DNA of 63,582 bases, filler included, from Reticulomyxa filosa (taxonomy: Eukaryota > Protista > Foraminifera), in assembly GCA_000512085.1 (NCBI GenBank). It is 22 parts of 22 records of this genome, joined end to end, with 100 filler letters (N's around TTAATTAATTAA, not from the genome) between each part and the next. Parts side by side here need not be neighbours in the genome. Positions count along the whole stretch, not along the records: positions 13,063 to 14,150 come from ASPP01018206.1; positions 14,251 to 15,535 come from ASPP01032788.1; positions 15,636 to 17,806 come from ASPP01009065.1; positions 17,907 to 19,020 come from ASPP01003458.1; positions 19,121 to 20,420 come from ASPP01035050.1; positions 20,521 to 21,591 come from ASPP01014798.1; positions 21,692 to 22,701 come from ASPP01008426.1; positions 22,802 to 24,500 come from ASPP01029109.1; 14 more parts are not named here. One strand, 5' to 3'. The position numbers were made by a program, and so were the translations under genes. Shown here in pieces: positions 14,111 to 26,577 of the stretch. The notes beneath the pieces are model-generated. The model saw nothing but the letters and a program-made list of their open reading frames with translations. It did not search any database and was not told the origin of the DNA. Numbering within the stretch: the stretch's first letter is position 1; every line of letters begins with the position of its first letter.

Positions 14111-14150
14111 TACAGTAGATTGCAAAAAAAACTGCCATACCTAAAGGCAC
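14111..14150 (+). mobile_element. Left terminus (TA + CAGTAG... TIR) of a Tc1/mariner-type element, truncated by the contig end
   Basis: TA|CAGTAGATTGCAAAAAAAACTGCCATACCTAAA matches the reverse complement of the repeat ends at 24733, 29171 and 31989 (TA|CAGTAGGTTGCAAAGAAAACTGAACGCCTAAA). Confidence 0.7.
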
Positions 14151-14250
14151 NNNNNNNNNNNNNNNNNNNNNNNNNNNNNNNNNNNNNNNNNNNNTTAATT
14201 AATTAANNNNNNNNNNNNNNNNNNNNNNNNNNNNNNNNNNNNNNNNNNNN

Positions 14251-14460
14251 CATGGCTTATTTGTCGCATAAGAGAAACAATCGTCAAACAACTGGAGAAA
14301 GGCAGCCGTAATGAAGAAGTGTTCTTTAAAATGGACGACTGTGTCTTACTTAAAGACAAAAATCAATTGTCAAAGATCGTGTGAAAGCATATTCAACGGA
14401 CAGACAGTGGGGTAATTCAGTTCGTTGGGACCACGGAGTTTGCCAAAGGGACATGGACAT
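14251..14460 (+). pseudogene. Degenerate tandem CAP-Gly domain fragment
   Basis: HGLFVA* (end of one CAP-Gly), then DRVKA/FNGQT/GVIQFVGTTEFAKGTW spread over three frames by small indels. The GKNDG half is missing. Confidence 0.6.
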
Positions 14461-15712
14461 TAATCAGACATGGACTGCACTCTTTACTTTAGGACACATC
14501 TATATCGAGGCTTTTTCGCGCCGCCAAAGCCAATCTAATCGAAAACTTGGATTTTATTATCAACGGAAACCATTCAACATGGTGCCACAGGCCAACAGCA
14601 TCAAGCAATTTCCGCAACGCAAGATCACTGTTCAACGCCAATTGCGAGATTTGACCAAGGCCTTTTGAACTCAACTATCTCTTCCATCGAAAAATCGACG
14701 ATATGGCCAGACGCGCGAGTTGAGCACGACAGTGAATACCTTTCCCCTCCCCCCTCCTCTAATGTGCCACCTGCGACGCAAAAAGCATCGGCGGTGGACG
14801 CAAATAAATAAATAAAGTGACACATCTGTCGAGAAAGCATATTGAAAAGAAATTAACACGCGTGCCACCAGGACAATACAAACAACTCACACAACAATAT
14901 GAACGTCTCTCTTCCCTCTTTTCATCACGGTGTTCACATTAAACTTTGATCAATGTGCTGAAACACTGTGCCATTTCAAATAAATTGGTTTTGAAAGTTT
15001 AAATATATATATGTGTTTGGTCCATATCCCTGATTATGCATTGTTTATTTGTTGGTGAAAAAGCTTATAGATACGAGTTCCTCTGAAAAATATATTGATC
15101 ACTGGGGAGAATTGATTATATAGAAGAAATAGTGGTGGTAAATAAATCTCAGAGGATGAATGTGCATTTGTCTGAAAGTAATAACAAGTATCAAGACAAT
15201 CCATTGACATTAGGAGCAGCAGACGCAAATGTTGCTTCCACATATGAATGTACTCAATATCACAGTGACACTTGAATTAATCCATCGTATGGACCGTTAA
15301 GCGAGCAGATTGATAGTGTTGGTAAATCTTAACACAACAACCTCACGCGTAGGGACTGTCTTAATCTCTGTCATGATTCCTTCACACTACCTCAATACAC
15401 CGCAAAATTCATTACAATGTTGTGTGTGTGATTACAATGAAGAAATGTATAAAAAATATATTATCCACCACTAACCAATATATTGGCCTACTTCAATGAG
15501 CAATTTATCGAATTCATCATCACCAATATTTGTTGNNNNNNNNNNNNNNNNNNNNNNNNNNNNNNNNNNNNNNNNNNNNTTAATTAATTAANNNNNNNNN
15601 NNNNNNNNNNNNNNNNNNNNNNNNNNNNNNNNNNNATTTATACGTATAACAAACCACATACGAATACACAAAATTTTTTTTAAAACAAAAAAAAAAAAAA
15701 AATTGTAATAAC

Positions 15713-16177
15713 TAAGTTGTCTCGCGCATTGCCGGAAATTCGTGCTTTTCGCCGGGTAAAAGGTACGGCCAAGGACGAAGGAGCGGCGTTAATCAAAGTG
15801 TTGAATGACGTGTTCATCAATGCTTCCCATGGCCCTTGTGGCAGCTCTTCAATGTTGACACCCTTTCGGTGGTTCATTTCCACCGCTTCTTCGCGGGGGT
15901 ACGAGTTGCGGCGTAACGGCCGACGATGCCTCGCACTACTTTGCTCTCCGTTTCGTCCTCTCTCCACTATCTTCAGTCTTCCTTCTTTTTGTCCTGATTC
16001 ATCCTTGTACTTGCTCTCCTCGTCTTTCAAAAGCTCCATACGAACACTTGGCACCCTTGGCGTCTCTTCCTCTTCCGGTCCTATTAGTCCGTCACTTTGC
16101 TTTCCGTTGGATTCGATCAGTTTTTGCTTTTCTGAGACCACGTTCGGTATGGAATGAGTTTTTGAGAAAAATGTCAT
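15713..16177 (-). CDS. Hypothetical protein, first exon (3'-partial)
   Basis: GC-richer ATG-initiated ORF that runs into a T-rich intron at the contig end. Head-to-head with cullin-3. Confidence 0.5.
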
Positions 16178-16994
16178 TTTATGAAATATTAGGTTTCACA
16201 AAATTTAAAGAAAATCCATGATAAACAAGACATGATTATCAACAAGGCATTTTTTTTTAAGTTATTTATTAAAACAAGGATCTCCTACAAAATAGTACAC
16301 TCTTAAACAAAAAATTGTATTCCTTTTATTTTTCATGATTCGTTTCTTCTTCCATGTTCATTATGGTTTCCACAATAAAAACCCACACGTGCAATTATTT
16401 TTTCATTCGCTAAAAGAATATGGCTCATGTTAATTATCAACTAAGTGGTGTTGGATATTACTGATTGTTTCAAAAACAGCAAACATAGCGGACAGGGAAT
16501 GACTTAAAAAAACTAACACTTGTGATTTATTAGCTTGTATTACAACACAAATGGTATCACTATTTAAAACTGTAAAAGTTAATAAAAAATTGCTTATAAG
16601 GAAGAACATACTCGAAAATGTCATACGAAGGCATTTACTTTTGTAATTTGAGAACACCAAATGATCACTAGTGGCACAGCAAAAAATGTACCTAGTGATG
16701 CTAACCAAACATATTCAAAGATAACGTAAAAATAGTACTAACAAGTACCGCCATAAAAAAAAAAGTTTGCCAATAATTTATGTTTACGCTTTGTAACTTC
16801 ACAGAAAATTGAATAGCGATAAAACAATGCTCAAAAAAAAAAACACATAGCCCACGCTTTTCTTAAGTAACTGCCATAAAACCTGACTTTGCGTACACGG
16901 AGAAACACTAAAAACACAGAAAGTTTTGAAAGGGAAAAAGAAGGAAAATTTTTCCCATCCAATTAAATAATCAATCAAGAAAAAGAATTGAAAC

Positions 16995-17628
16995 ATGGAA
17001 CCGTCGACAGCAGGACATTATATATTTCAAAGCACAGACATGTCTAAAATCCAAGCCACTCAAGTATGGCACAGTTTGAGAAAGGGAATACTTGAGATTC
17101 AAAACGGGAACTCCTCGGCTCTTCGTTTCGAAGAACTTTACAGGTGTTATTTTTATCACAGCCAAACAAAATAAATATATATTTGTCCTGAAGAGAAATA
17201 GAAAAGAAAAAAAGTAAGAGTCACGAGAGATGAGAGGGTAGAGAAAAGATCCTAGAACGTTACAAATTACTTCACACTGAAGCATGTTCAAAAGAATTTT
17301 TTTTTGGGGGGGGGTGTGCCAAAACAAATGAATGAATAGAAATGGGTACACTCTCGTGTTACACAAACACGGCGACCTGTTGTACGAAGGTGTGGAACAA
17401 ACCATTTTAGAGCAGGTGAAAAAAGTGTCGCACGAAATAATCAAAACAGGAGGTAATGAAACACACGTTTGCTCACAACTGGTTGTTTTTTTTTAAAAAA
17501 AAAAAAGATAATAACAATAACGTTATTTTTATTAAAAAAAAGATAACCAAATATTGGAAGTATGTGTGGAAAAATGGAAACATCATAAATTAACAATGAC
17601 AATGATTCGTGATATATTGATGTATATG
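16995..17628 (+). CDS. CUL3: Cullin-3 N-terminal region (3 exons, 3'-partial; largely missed by the ORF track)
   Basis: Spliced translation WHSLRKGILEIQNGNSSALRFEELYR|NGYTLVLHKHGDLLYEGVEQTI...|...WKHHKLTMTMIRDILMYM matches the cullin-3 signatures FEELYRNAY.MVLHKHG.LY and MIRDILMYMDR. Confidence 0.9.
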
Positions 17629-17906
17629 GTAATTATTCGATGTTTTTTTTTTTGTTTTATTTGCCTTCCTCATATAGATAGATGTGCATATATGTATAAC
17701 ATATATGTGTGTATGTATATCTGTCTATCCATGTCATACATAAAACACTACAAACAGATTGAAATTAAATAAATAAAGCAACTCTTGCAATCAAAAAAAA
17801 AAAAAANNNNNNNNNNNNNNNNNNNNNNNNNNNNNNNNNNNNNNNNNNNNTTAATTAATTAANNNNNNNNNNNNNNNNNNNNNNNNNNNNNNNNNNNNNN
17901 NNNNNN

Positions 17907-18900
17907 CGGCATCCAACTTCTTCATTTCCAATTATTGCAGCTTGTTGTCTTTTGTAGACGCATTTCGGATATTTCAATTTGGCAAAGCGTTCTCTTGATA
18001 TTGTTGATCTTACTTTAAATTTGAACTATACTTTGTCATCTTTATACTTTCTGGTCGAACAAAGAATCCACGATCTTTGCTGGTGACCAAGTATCTCTTA
18101 TTATTTATAGTTCCATCATGGTCATTGTGATGCTAGTTGTTCACTTTTTCCACACATACACACGCTGCTATTGTGTCCATTTGGATCTCACATGCCATTT
18201 CTTGGAGCGAAAACTTGACTTTGCCAATAAATATCACTTTTCTTTTGTTGCCTGTCACTTGTAGTCCTCTTCAAAGTACGTCACTATCAACAATTATGTC
18301 TTTCAAAGACATATATGACTCTTTTCGAATAAAATAGCCTTTTTTTAAAAGTATTGCATTCCATTGGCTCTGCTTGTGTAAACTCGGTCTTTTCCATATA
18401 ATTTACTATTTAATATATTTGGACTGACTTTGGTCCATCTTTTTTGGTCTCTTTCGTCTTCGTTGACGGGGTTTCAATATTCCATCGACCTCCGTTTTCA
18501 CATTCTCCTTCACGGACTCAAAGGAAATCAGGAAATTGCCAGAGTATTTGACAATCTAAATCCAAAACAGTTTCAATCCGAAAAAGATCTCAACTCCTTC
18601 AAATCCACTCTTCAACACGATAATGCTGTCCACATCAACAACTAATTATGATTCAATTTTTTCTTCATCTTTGCTGATGATGATGAACTGATGATTCAAT
18701 TCAAACTTGCCATCTTGCGCAATTTTGTCTTTGGTAATCACCACATTCAATCTATCCATCCGACTGATAATTCGAAGGAGGTTCCATTTCCAGGTCTTCT
18801 GGGGTTGTTTCGAGCTTAACACTTCTGTGCGCGCATATTTTCACTATTGAGTCCACATCTCCGATACGTGCAAAATAAACATATCCCGGTTTGCGTTCAA
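17907..18900 (-). pseudogene. Decayed coding sequence of unknown family
   Basis: Long protein-like frame (DRLNVVITKDKIAQDGKFELNHQF...) interrupted by several in-frame stops. No family recognised. Confidence 0.25.
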
Positions 18901-19145
18901 AGTATCTTTTTTTTTATTATTCAGTTATCAAATAAGATTATTTTGTTAATACATCATATACATCCTACATTAACATTTCTCTTCTCTTCTTTTTAAAATA
19001 AAACAAAAACTTTTCAGTATNNNNNNNNNNNNNNNNNNNNNNNNNNNNNNNNNNNNNNNNNNNNTTAATTAATTAANNNNNNNNNNNNNNNNNNNNNNNN
19101 NNNNNNNNNNNNNNNNNNNNCTTCTTCTTCTTCTTCTCCTTCCAG

Positions 19146-19860
19146 TGCTCATCCCTTGTGCTCATGGCACTCGACCAATGGTCATTCTCTCTTACTTTGA
19201 GGATGTCCTCCGTGCAAGTGTTGTCGTCTCGTATTGCATTACAATGCAACACTTTGCAAACAACAAGCAAATGCTTCATTATTTTATATCCTATTGGTTA
19301 AAACAAAATCTTTTCTCCTTATCTACAATGCATGTACAACATCCCAGACACCACACATACACACATACAGACATACATACATGAAATATTAATTTTTTTA
19401 AAAAAATTTTTGATAGTTGCTCCCCCCCACACCCAGACTTGTATCCTTTGGTGAATGCTCGCATTTTTTTTTTTTTTTGCGCCGCGTATATGTATAAGTG
19501 CGATGATGCGGAACGGACGATCTTTGGAATATTTCTGGAGTGTGATCGACGGTGAAGATGGCGTGACGACACTCAACAATTGGCTCACTCAAAATCGCGT
19601 GCCTTTGGACAGTAGTGTATTGTATGATCTCGTCCAATCTGTACATTCATGGCTATTATCATCAATTGACTCGGCGTTCAAAATACCAGAGTGGTAAATG
19701 TAATCATTACCAATAACTCCTTAACGTCACATGTCTTTATTGATGGAGAGGGAGCACTTCACTTATCACGTGGTTGTCCCTTGTCGACGTGATCTTTTCG
19801 AGCTGCGACCATGCTGCGTCATATTCTTTTTATTCAATAACAAAGTATCCAAGTTTTGTA
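19146..19860 (+). CDS. Hypothetical exon fragments, possibly a beta-rich extracellular (REJ/PKD-like) protein
   Basis: GC-richer exons between microsatellite-rich introns (LEYFWSVIDG..., VNVIITNNSLTSHVFIDG). The family assignment is only a weak resemblance. Confidence 0.25.
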
Positions 19861-20576
19861 AACATTAGTTTTTTTTTTAGGATCACGTGTGAACGTGTAT
19901 GTTTTTTTTGTAATACAGTGGAAAGGAAATGATAAGTATATGGATGGGGGACAACAATCGACTTGCGATCATGGAATGTGATGACACTGATAGTGACTGT
20001 CGGAGAATTAGACTACTGAAACACATATGCATTTTCAGTAGATAAAATTCCTCAAGTAAATACCACAGTGTACGTATATCTGACCATTCTGCCATCTCTC
20101 ATTGCCTTTGGTGGTAGACTGCAATATTCAACTGTTTATTTCAATAATAATATCATACTGTTTGCATACTCGATCTTTATCTTTCCCTTGTTTGTCACCA
20201 GTGCCAATGTCATCACGTATTACAATCTTGCAATGAAATTGCACTAGCATAGATTGTGATTGGACAAAGTAATACTGGTTTGACGGCTCCACATCTCGTT
20301 TGCTTTAACGCCAATGGTCAATTGCCTCGATTGTTGTTGTCATCAACAATGCCTTCCTTTCTGTGACAACAGATTTATCATCATCAGAATGTGCTTTTGT
20401 ATATGGATCAATATTTCAAANNNNNNNNNNNNNNNNNNNNNNNNNNNNNNNNNNNNNNNNNNNNTTAATTAATTAANNNNNNNNNNNNNNNNNNNNNNNN
20501 NNNNNNNNNNNNNNNNNNNNCGGTGCGCCAGCTGGCGTCGACGCTGGTGGTGGCAGCCTGACGAGACACACCTTCA

Positions 20577-20681
20577 TGTCATCCTGAGCGCAGCGAAGGA
20601 TCTCGCGCCCAACCGGGACCCTGCTATCGCCAACTGTGTCCGATCGCTCGGCGAGGTCCTTCGCTTGCGCTCAGGACGACA
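20577..20681. repeat. Bacterial REP-like imperfect inverted repeat between convergent genes
   Basis: TGTCATCCTGAGCGCAGCGAAGGATCTCGC (20577-20606) pairs with GCGAGGTCCTTCGCTTGCGCTCAGGACGACA (20651-20681). The GTCATCCTGAG...CTCAGGAYGAC form is typical of alphaproteobacterial intergenic palindromes. Confidence 0.8.
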
Positions 20682-20703
20682 ACAGGAACGCGCTCCCATG
20701 CGC

Positions 20704-21591
20704 TCAGACGTAGCCCGGTCCCTCGATGACCGGGTGGGCGATGAGGAACTCTTCGTCGATCTCGACGCCGATGCCGGGCTTGTCCAAGGGGCGGACGTTT
20801 CCGTCTATGCCGATCTCCCACGGCGCGCTGCCCAGCTCGTCACGGAACTTGTTGGCTACCGAGAGGTCGGCCTCGAAGTAGCCACCATTGTCGATCGACG
20901 CCAGGAAGTGGATCGACACGGCATGATTGAGGCCGGTCATCGAACTGTGCGGATGGATCGGCAGCTTCCACATCGAGGCGGCCGCCGCGATGCGCTGCAC
21001 CTCGGTGATACCGCCGCTCTTGGAAAGATCCGGCTGCAGGATGGTGATGTTGCCGTCCTCGATGATCCGGTGGAACTCGAAGCGCGTGTAATGGTTCTCG
21101 CCGGCCGCCAGCGGCGTCACACCCCAGCCCTTGGCCATCGCATAGGAGCGGTGGTCGTGCGCCGGGAACGGCTCCTCCAGCCAGGCGATGCCCAGCTCGT
21201 CCATCGCCGGCATCACGCGGCGCACATCCTCGACCGTGTAACCGGTGTTGGCGTCGGTCAGCAGGACCATGTCGTCGCCGAAGCGCTTGCGCACCGCCGT
21301 CATGCGGGCGATGTCGTTCTTGACGCTGTCGCCGACCCTGAGCTTCAGCGCCTTGTAGCCCGCCGCGACCATGGGCCCGGCCTCGTCGGCCAGCGACTCC
21401 GGCGCCTGGTAGCCCAGCGAGATGCCGCCGGCATAGGCGGGCACCGGCTTGTTGGAGCCGCCTAAAAGCTTGTAGAGCGGCCAGCCCACGGCCTTGCCCT
21501 TGATGTCCCACAGCGCCTGGTCGAGACCGCTCATCGCCATGGCAGTGGCCGCGCCCATCCCGTGGCTGCCGAGCTGGAACTTGTAGATCTT
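20704..21591 (-). CDS. Bacterial mandelate racemase/muconate-lactonizing enzyme family protein (enolase superfamily), 5'-truncated
   Basis: Motifs SGLDQALWDIKGK, ALKLR, TDAN, WLEEP, AGEN, QPD..K.GG. Intronless, about 65% GC with strong GC3 bias, unlike the rest of the window. Confidence 0.92.
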   Translation of the reverse strand, partial: KIYKFQLGSHGMGAATAMAMSGLDQALWDIKGKAVGWPLYKLLGGSNKPVPAYAGGISLGYQAPESLADEAGPMVAAGYKALKLRVGDSVKNDIARMTAVRKRFGDDMVLLTDANTGYTVEDVRRVMPAMDELGIAWLEEPFPAHDHRSYAMAKGWGVTPLAAGENHYTRFEFHRIIEDGNITILQPDLSKSGGITEVQRIAAAASMWKLPIHPHSSMTGLNHAVSIHFLASIDNGGYFEADLSVANKFRDELGSAPWEIGIDGNVRPLDKPGIGVEIDEEFLIAHPVIEGPGYV

Positions 21592-21759
21592 NNNNNNNNN
21601 NNNNNNNNNNNNNNNNNNNNNNNNNNNNNNNNNNNTTAATTAATTAANNNNNNNNNNNNNNNNNNNNNNNNNNNNNNNNNNNNNNNNNNNNAGAAGAGGA
21701 GAAAAAAAAGAAAAGAAAAAAAAAAAATACACAAACAAACAATACAGCAATACAGCGAG

Positions 21760-22650
21760 CATGTTTCTTCTTTTTTTCGTAAAATCTCTTCCTTCTTTTT
21801 CTTTTTGTCCGTTAGGTGCTGCTGCTTTATGTCAAACTATATCATTATTTTGTTTTTGTGTTCGTCTCCTTTTTTTTTAAAAAAAAAAATTAAGTGTGTG
21901 TGTGTGTGTGTGTAACTTGAGTGAGTTTGTCATGAGCACTTTGCAATTGTTTTTCAATCAAGTCCAAGGTTTCTTGTTTCTTTTCTGCAACACATCGACG
22001 TTGCTTCTCATTGTTAGTTTTTATTTATTTATTTTGTTTACAAATTCATATATTTTCAAACAAAACAAAACACACGAAACGCATTGTTCATATTTTCTAG
22101 TAAATTCGCCACAAGATCGAATCATCTTATGAATCGAATTGCGCTTTTGATTCAATTCATTGGACAATTCCTGAATTTCAAAAGGAATGTGGCTCGACTC
22201 TCGACAATTCCACACATATATGCGGCACTTGTTGTGATCATTCTTTCTCTCACTTTCACCAATGTTGTCATCCAATGCATCGAATGCTTTGCTGTAACAT
22301 CTGCTCATTTAAAAATTACAAACGCAAGGCACTTCATAACTTTTAATGTGCAATAAAAAAAAGATTACACATTTTGTTTGTTTGTTTGTTTGTTTGTTTG
22401 TTTGTTTTGTTAAACCTGATCCCGTAATGCTCGCGTTCAACAGCTCTCAGAATAATATCTCTGACAATCATATCAGTCAACACGTTGCCGTATCGTCCTC
22501 CTTCAGATGACAGATCCATTGAAGTCGTGCTGGATTTTGCTTCGTTGGAAATGTCCATGTTGCTTCGCCGTTGCTGTCTGTTTCAATGCACGATCGCAGT
22601 AACACTTCTCGCACATGCGATGTCAGCAATGTCAGTGTATCCGACCTTTT
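21760..22650 (-). CDS. Internal exons of a possible chromatin assembly factor 1 large subunit (FAS1/p150-like)
   Basis: Spliced AVEREHYG...FDALDD...RIYVWNCRESSHIP...KRNSIHKMI resembles the FAS1 N-terminal R..YG...D.LED...LWCWETRD...P...RKKIHERI block as I recall it, followed by a K/E/R-rich segment. Confidence 0.4.
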
Positions 22651-23517
22651 CATATTTTTATTTATTTATTTATTTTGTTCTTAATACACATATATATATA
22701 TNNNNNNNNNNNNNNNNNNNNNNNNNNNNNNNNNNNNNNNNNNNNTTAATTAATTAANNNNNNNNNNNNNNNNNNNNNNNNNNNNNNNNNNNNNNNNNNN
22801 NCTGGCAACGACGCAGGTGATGATAACTATTAGAACTTTTTTTTTATGAAATGAAAGTGAAAGTGAAAGTCAATGTGAAGTGGTGTAAATGATTTGTATG
22901 AATATTTGAAAGCCATTGACCAAAAGTTACTGGGCTTTTTAAATTTTTCGAATTTATAGCTTTGAAATCTTTTGACAATTTTTTTAGTTCTTTTAAAAAA
23001 AATTTTTAAATCGTTTAATTTACAGTATTTATCTTATCAACTGACTTAAAGTCAATGCAATGTTGTATACGTTATCCTGTACAAAAACATAAACCGTACT
23101 TTAAAACCGTGTACAAAAATAAAATTATACGTAAATCGATTATTATTTAATTTTATTCGTCTAAGATATCCAAAAAATGTTCAACAGTTGCAACGATGAA
23201 AAAAAGAAAAAAGCAATTTGCGAAATAAAGTGTTACACAATCGCCTAAACAATCAAAAAACATATCCAAATACTCTTGGAAGTAGATCTCATCTGTACTT
23301 CTGATGTCTTGGATAACTGTTAATTTTTTTTTGACTTGTGTCGTTTTCTTGGCTTTGTCACTTTTTTTTTCCGGTTTAAACTTGAGAAAACAAGGGTTTT
23401 AAGCCAGGGACCTCAGTGAACAACAATTTTGATCAAATCCATCTATCTTGTTTGATCTCCAAAGATTATGTATGAATACAAAAGGCATTGAGCTCGCATT
23501 TGCAAGGACATCATCTT

Positions 23518-24500
23518 ATGGAACAACTTCAAAATATCTTCAGTACAATTGAAAAAGAAATTGTTTCGAAAGTATGGTACTTGTGTGAAGGAAACTTGGA
23601 CGAGGTAACGACGATCCTACGTTTCATCGTAGAGAATCCGTTAAAACTTGCACTAATAAAAACATATTTGATAACAAACATCTCAATATCCTTTTTCAAA
23701 AACGAATTTTCAGCTATATAAACTATTATAGCACAGATTATCAGAGACTACAGTATTTAGTTCAATTACTAGAAGAATTTTCTGATAAAATTGACAAAAC
23801 AATTATTTTAATGATATGGAAACAACGTCATCAAATTTATTGGGAAACATATATAGACTTAATTGAGCTTTCTTCTTATGGTGCCAATAAGTTAAACGCT
23901 TTGTGAACAATTTTATAAAAAATTAAACTACTTGAGACAAAAAAATGTTATTATGTATCTCATAGAATTGAAGAAAAGAGCGAGTTGAAAATAATAAGAG
24001 AAATGTGTTTGTACATATTGTGGAATATCTTATCTTATCCCACAGTTATTAAATATCGTCAAATTAATACTATTTCATTACTTCATATTTTAAAATGTAA
24101 ATGCCGTCTATTAAATGCAAGTGTAGATCAAATATTTATGGAAATGGAAGATTTTTTTAAAAAATGTGGATTCCAAAAAGAAAAGGATGAGAATTGGTAT
24201 TATCCTAATCGTATTCAACTATTATTATTATGGGAATGCTATCAAACATGGATTTGCCTACAACCAATGTATCGTTATCATTTGTTTATGCTTGAATATG
24301 TTTTATTTATGAATGATAAAATGTATACAAATAATTTGAAAATGAAATAAGTATTTTTTAATAATGGTATATTTAATATAGTTACAAAACAAGAATGAAT
24401 ATTCCAAAGACAGCATGTATGTTGTCAAGCGGAAAATGGAAAGAATTTGAGATCGTATTTGATTATGAATATCGAAGATTGTATTATGGAATAAAAAAAA
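23518..24500 (+). CDS. Lineage-family protein with CUE-like and PUB-like domains (3'-partial)
   Basis: MEQLQNIFSTIEKEIVSKVWYLCEGNLDEVTTIL is CUE-like. LYILWNILSYPTVIKYRQIN...GF is PUB-like (NIL..P...KYR.I). Very AT-rich. Confidence 0.55.
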
Positions 24501-24600
24501 NNNNNNNNNNNNNNNNNNNNNNNNNNNNNNNNNNNNNNNNNNNNTTAATTAATTAANNNNNNNNNNNNNNNNNNNNNNNNNNNNNNNNNNNNNNNNNNNN

Positions 24601-24733
24601 ATTTAAAAACTACAAGACTTGTAGATATTTTTTTAAAAAAAAATTAGGTCTGAATATTGATTTTTCATGGAGAAAATCAATTATCATCATAAGATATGTT
24701 TTAGGCGTTCAGTTTTCTTTGCAACCTACTGTA
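24601..24733 (+). mobile_element. Right end of a Tc1/mariner-type element or MITE (...CTACTG|TA)
   Basis: About 130 bp nearly identical to 29040-29171. Ends in ACTG followed by TA. Confidence 0.75.
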
Positions 24734-25114
24734 CATACATACATATATAAAATATTTATTCTTAACATAATTGAAGACAAGTTTGTTAAAATCATTAATC
24801 CATCCTAATTTAATATTAAAAATATAAATCCAATTTTGAATAATTAGTTTTATCTTTTTTTCAGACTGTTGTTTGTTTTTTTTTAAAAAAATCTCATTAG
24901 AAAATATAGTTGTGTTTAAATTATAGCAGTAAAGTAAAAGAAATAATCACTTACTAGCTGTGGTGTTATGCTCTTTTTATCATTAATAATAGCAAAATTC
25001 GTCACTTCATCATCATATCTAAGGGAAAATTTTTTTTAAAAAAAACTCAATTAGAACTTTTGAAATTATTTATAAAAAGTTTTTTTAAATCCAAAAATGA
25101 AGCATTCTTCAATA

Positions 25115-26577
25115 TTATTTATCCAATTTTTTTACCTTTTCTTTTGCTCGTAAGGTTGCTCCATCCCATTCTCCTAACATTATATTTCTAACTTTCCATA
25201 ATTCTTCACAATATTCACACGCCTTTTTATCATTTTCTAATTTTGAAAATATATATTCCAATTTCCAAAGTAAATCAATATTATCTTTATTTGCATATCC
25301 AAATATTTTCTTTCTTATTTTCCATGCATTTTCATACCATTCACTTGCTTTAAAATAAGATTCTTTTTTTTGATAAATTTTTCCTAAATTTGTATATGAA
25401 ATTGCTATCTCAATATGATTATCTCCAAATGTATTACATTTTATTTTTAATGTATTTTCATGATATTCAATTGATTTATCATATTGTTTTGCATCATCAT
25501 AATTATATGCAATATTTTCATATAAATGTGCAAGAAAATTACAATTATTTCCAAATATATTAATTATAATTGGTAATGCTTTTTTATAAAATTCAATTGC
25601 TTGTTCATATTGTTGTTTATAATTATAAATAGTACCAATCATATTATAAATAATAGCAATATAATGATGATTTAAATCAAAAATATTAATTACAATTTGT
25701 AAATATGTTTGTAAATGTATAATACATTCATCATATAATTTTTTTGTTATATATTCATCTATTTTATTTTCAAAATCTTGAAATTGTATTGGAATATCAT
25801 AATGTATTTTTTTATTCCATAATATTAATGAAATATTTTTTTTTAATTGTTCATCAATCATAGTATTCTTTGTAATAAATATTTGTGTTGTAATATTAAC
25901 ATATCCTTTACATTCAATTTTACAATCAATTGCATATACACTTCCATCAATATTTATTTTTTCCAATATAATTCTTTTTCTTTTTATTATATACATACAA
26001 TATTCTTTAAATTCTTTTATATTCTCATTCTTATTTTTTATTAAATTTATAATTGAACAAATACCATCATTTCTATTTTTCCATTTTAATGTATTATATA
26101 CAACAATAACTAATCCTTTCTCATTATTACATATCATTTGTTCAACTATTTTTACTGCTTCTGCATTTGCTTTTCTCCATTGCATATTCCAATGTTTTTT
26201 AAAATCTAATGATTGTGAAATATCATATCTTTTAATTGTTGATTGTTCAATTTCATTCATTTTTAAGATATCTTCTATTTAATGTTATTTTTTTTATAAC
26301 TTAAAAATCAAAATATAATAATTAGAAAAAAAATAAAAAAACCTGATCGAAATTGGACAGTAAAATATACAGGTTCAATTTTAAAAGCATTCACCACATT
26401 TTCATCAGTTTCAATAGGACAATTATTTCCGTCGATAATCGTTATTGATACATCATTCGTGTGCACTGGCTGAGTAAAGTTAACCACTTGTTGTTTTAAG
26501 TGTTCCATTGTCAAAGTTGGCAACATTATCGTATGCATTTTTCCTCCAACATTTACATATGCTTTAAACAAAGACAT
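25115..26577 (-). CDS. TPR-repeat protein with a PB1/ubiquitin-like N-terminal exon
   Basis: Kinesin-light-chain-type TPRs (HHYIAIIYNMIGTIY...YEQAIEFYKKAL; HIEIAISYTNLGKIY). Exon 1 (26577-~26342) has a beta-grasp-like pattern ending in IETDENVVNAF. Confidence 0.8.

Noticed and set aside
17907-18900. In-frame TAA/TAG codons suggesting stop-codon reassignment
   Set aside because: Intact genes in the window end at TAA and TGA and lack internal stops. This region also appears to have frame breaks, consistent with decay.
20665-21465. 266-aa plus-strand ORF and 223-aa alternate-frame ORF on the bacterial contig
   Set aside because: Shadow ORFs caused by high GC3 in the real enolase-superfamily gene.
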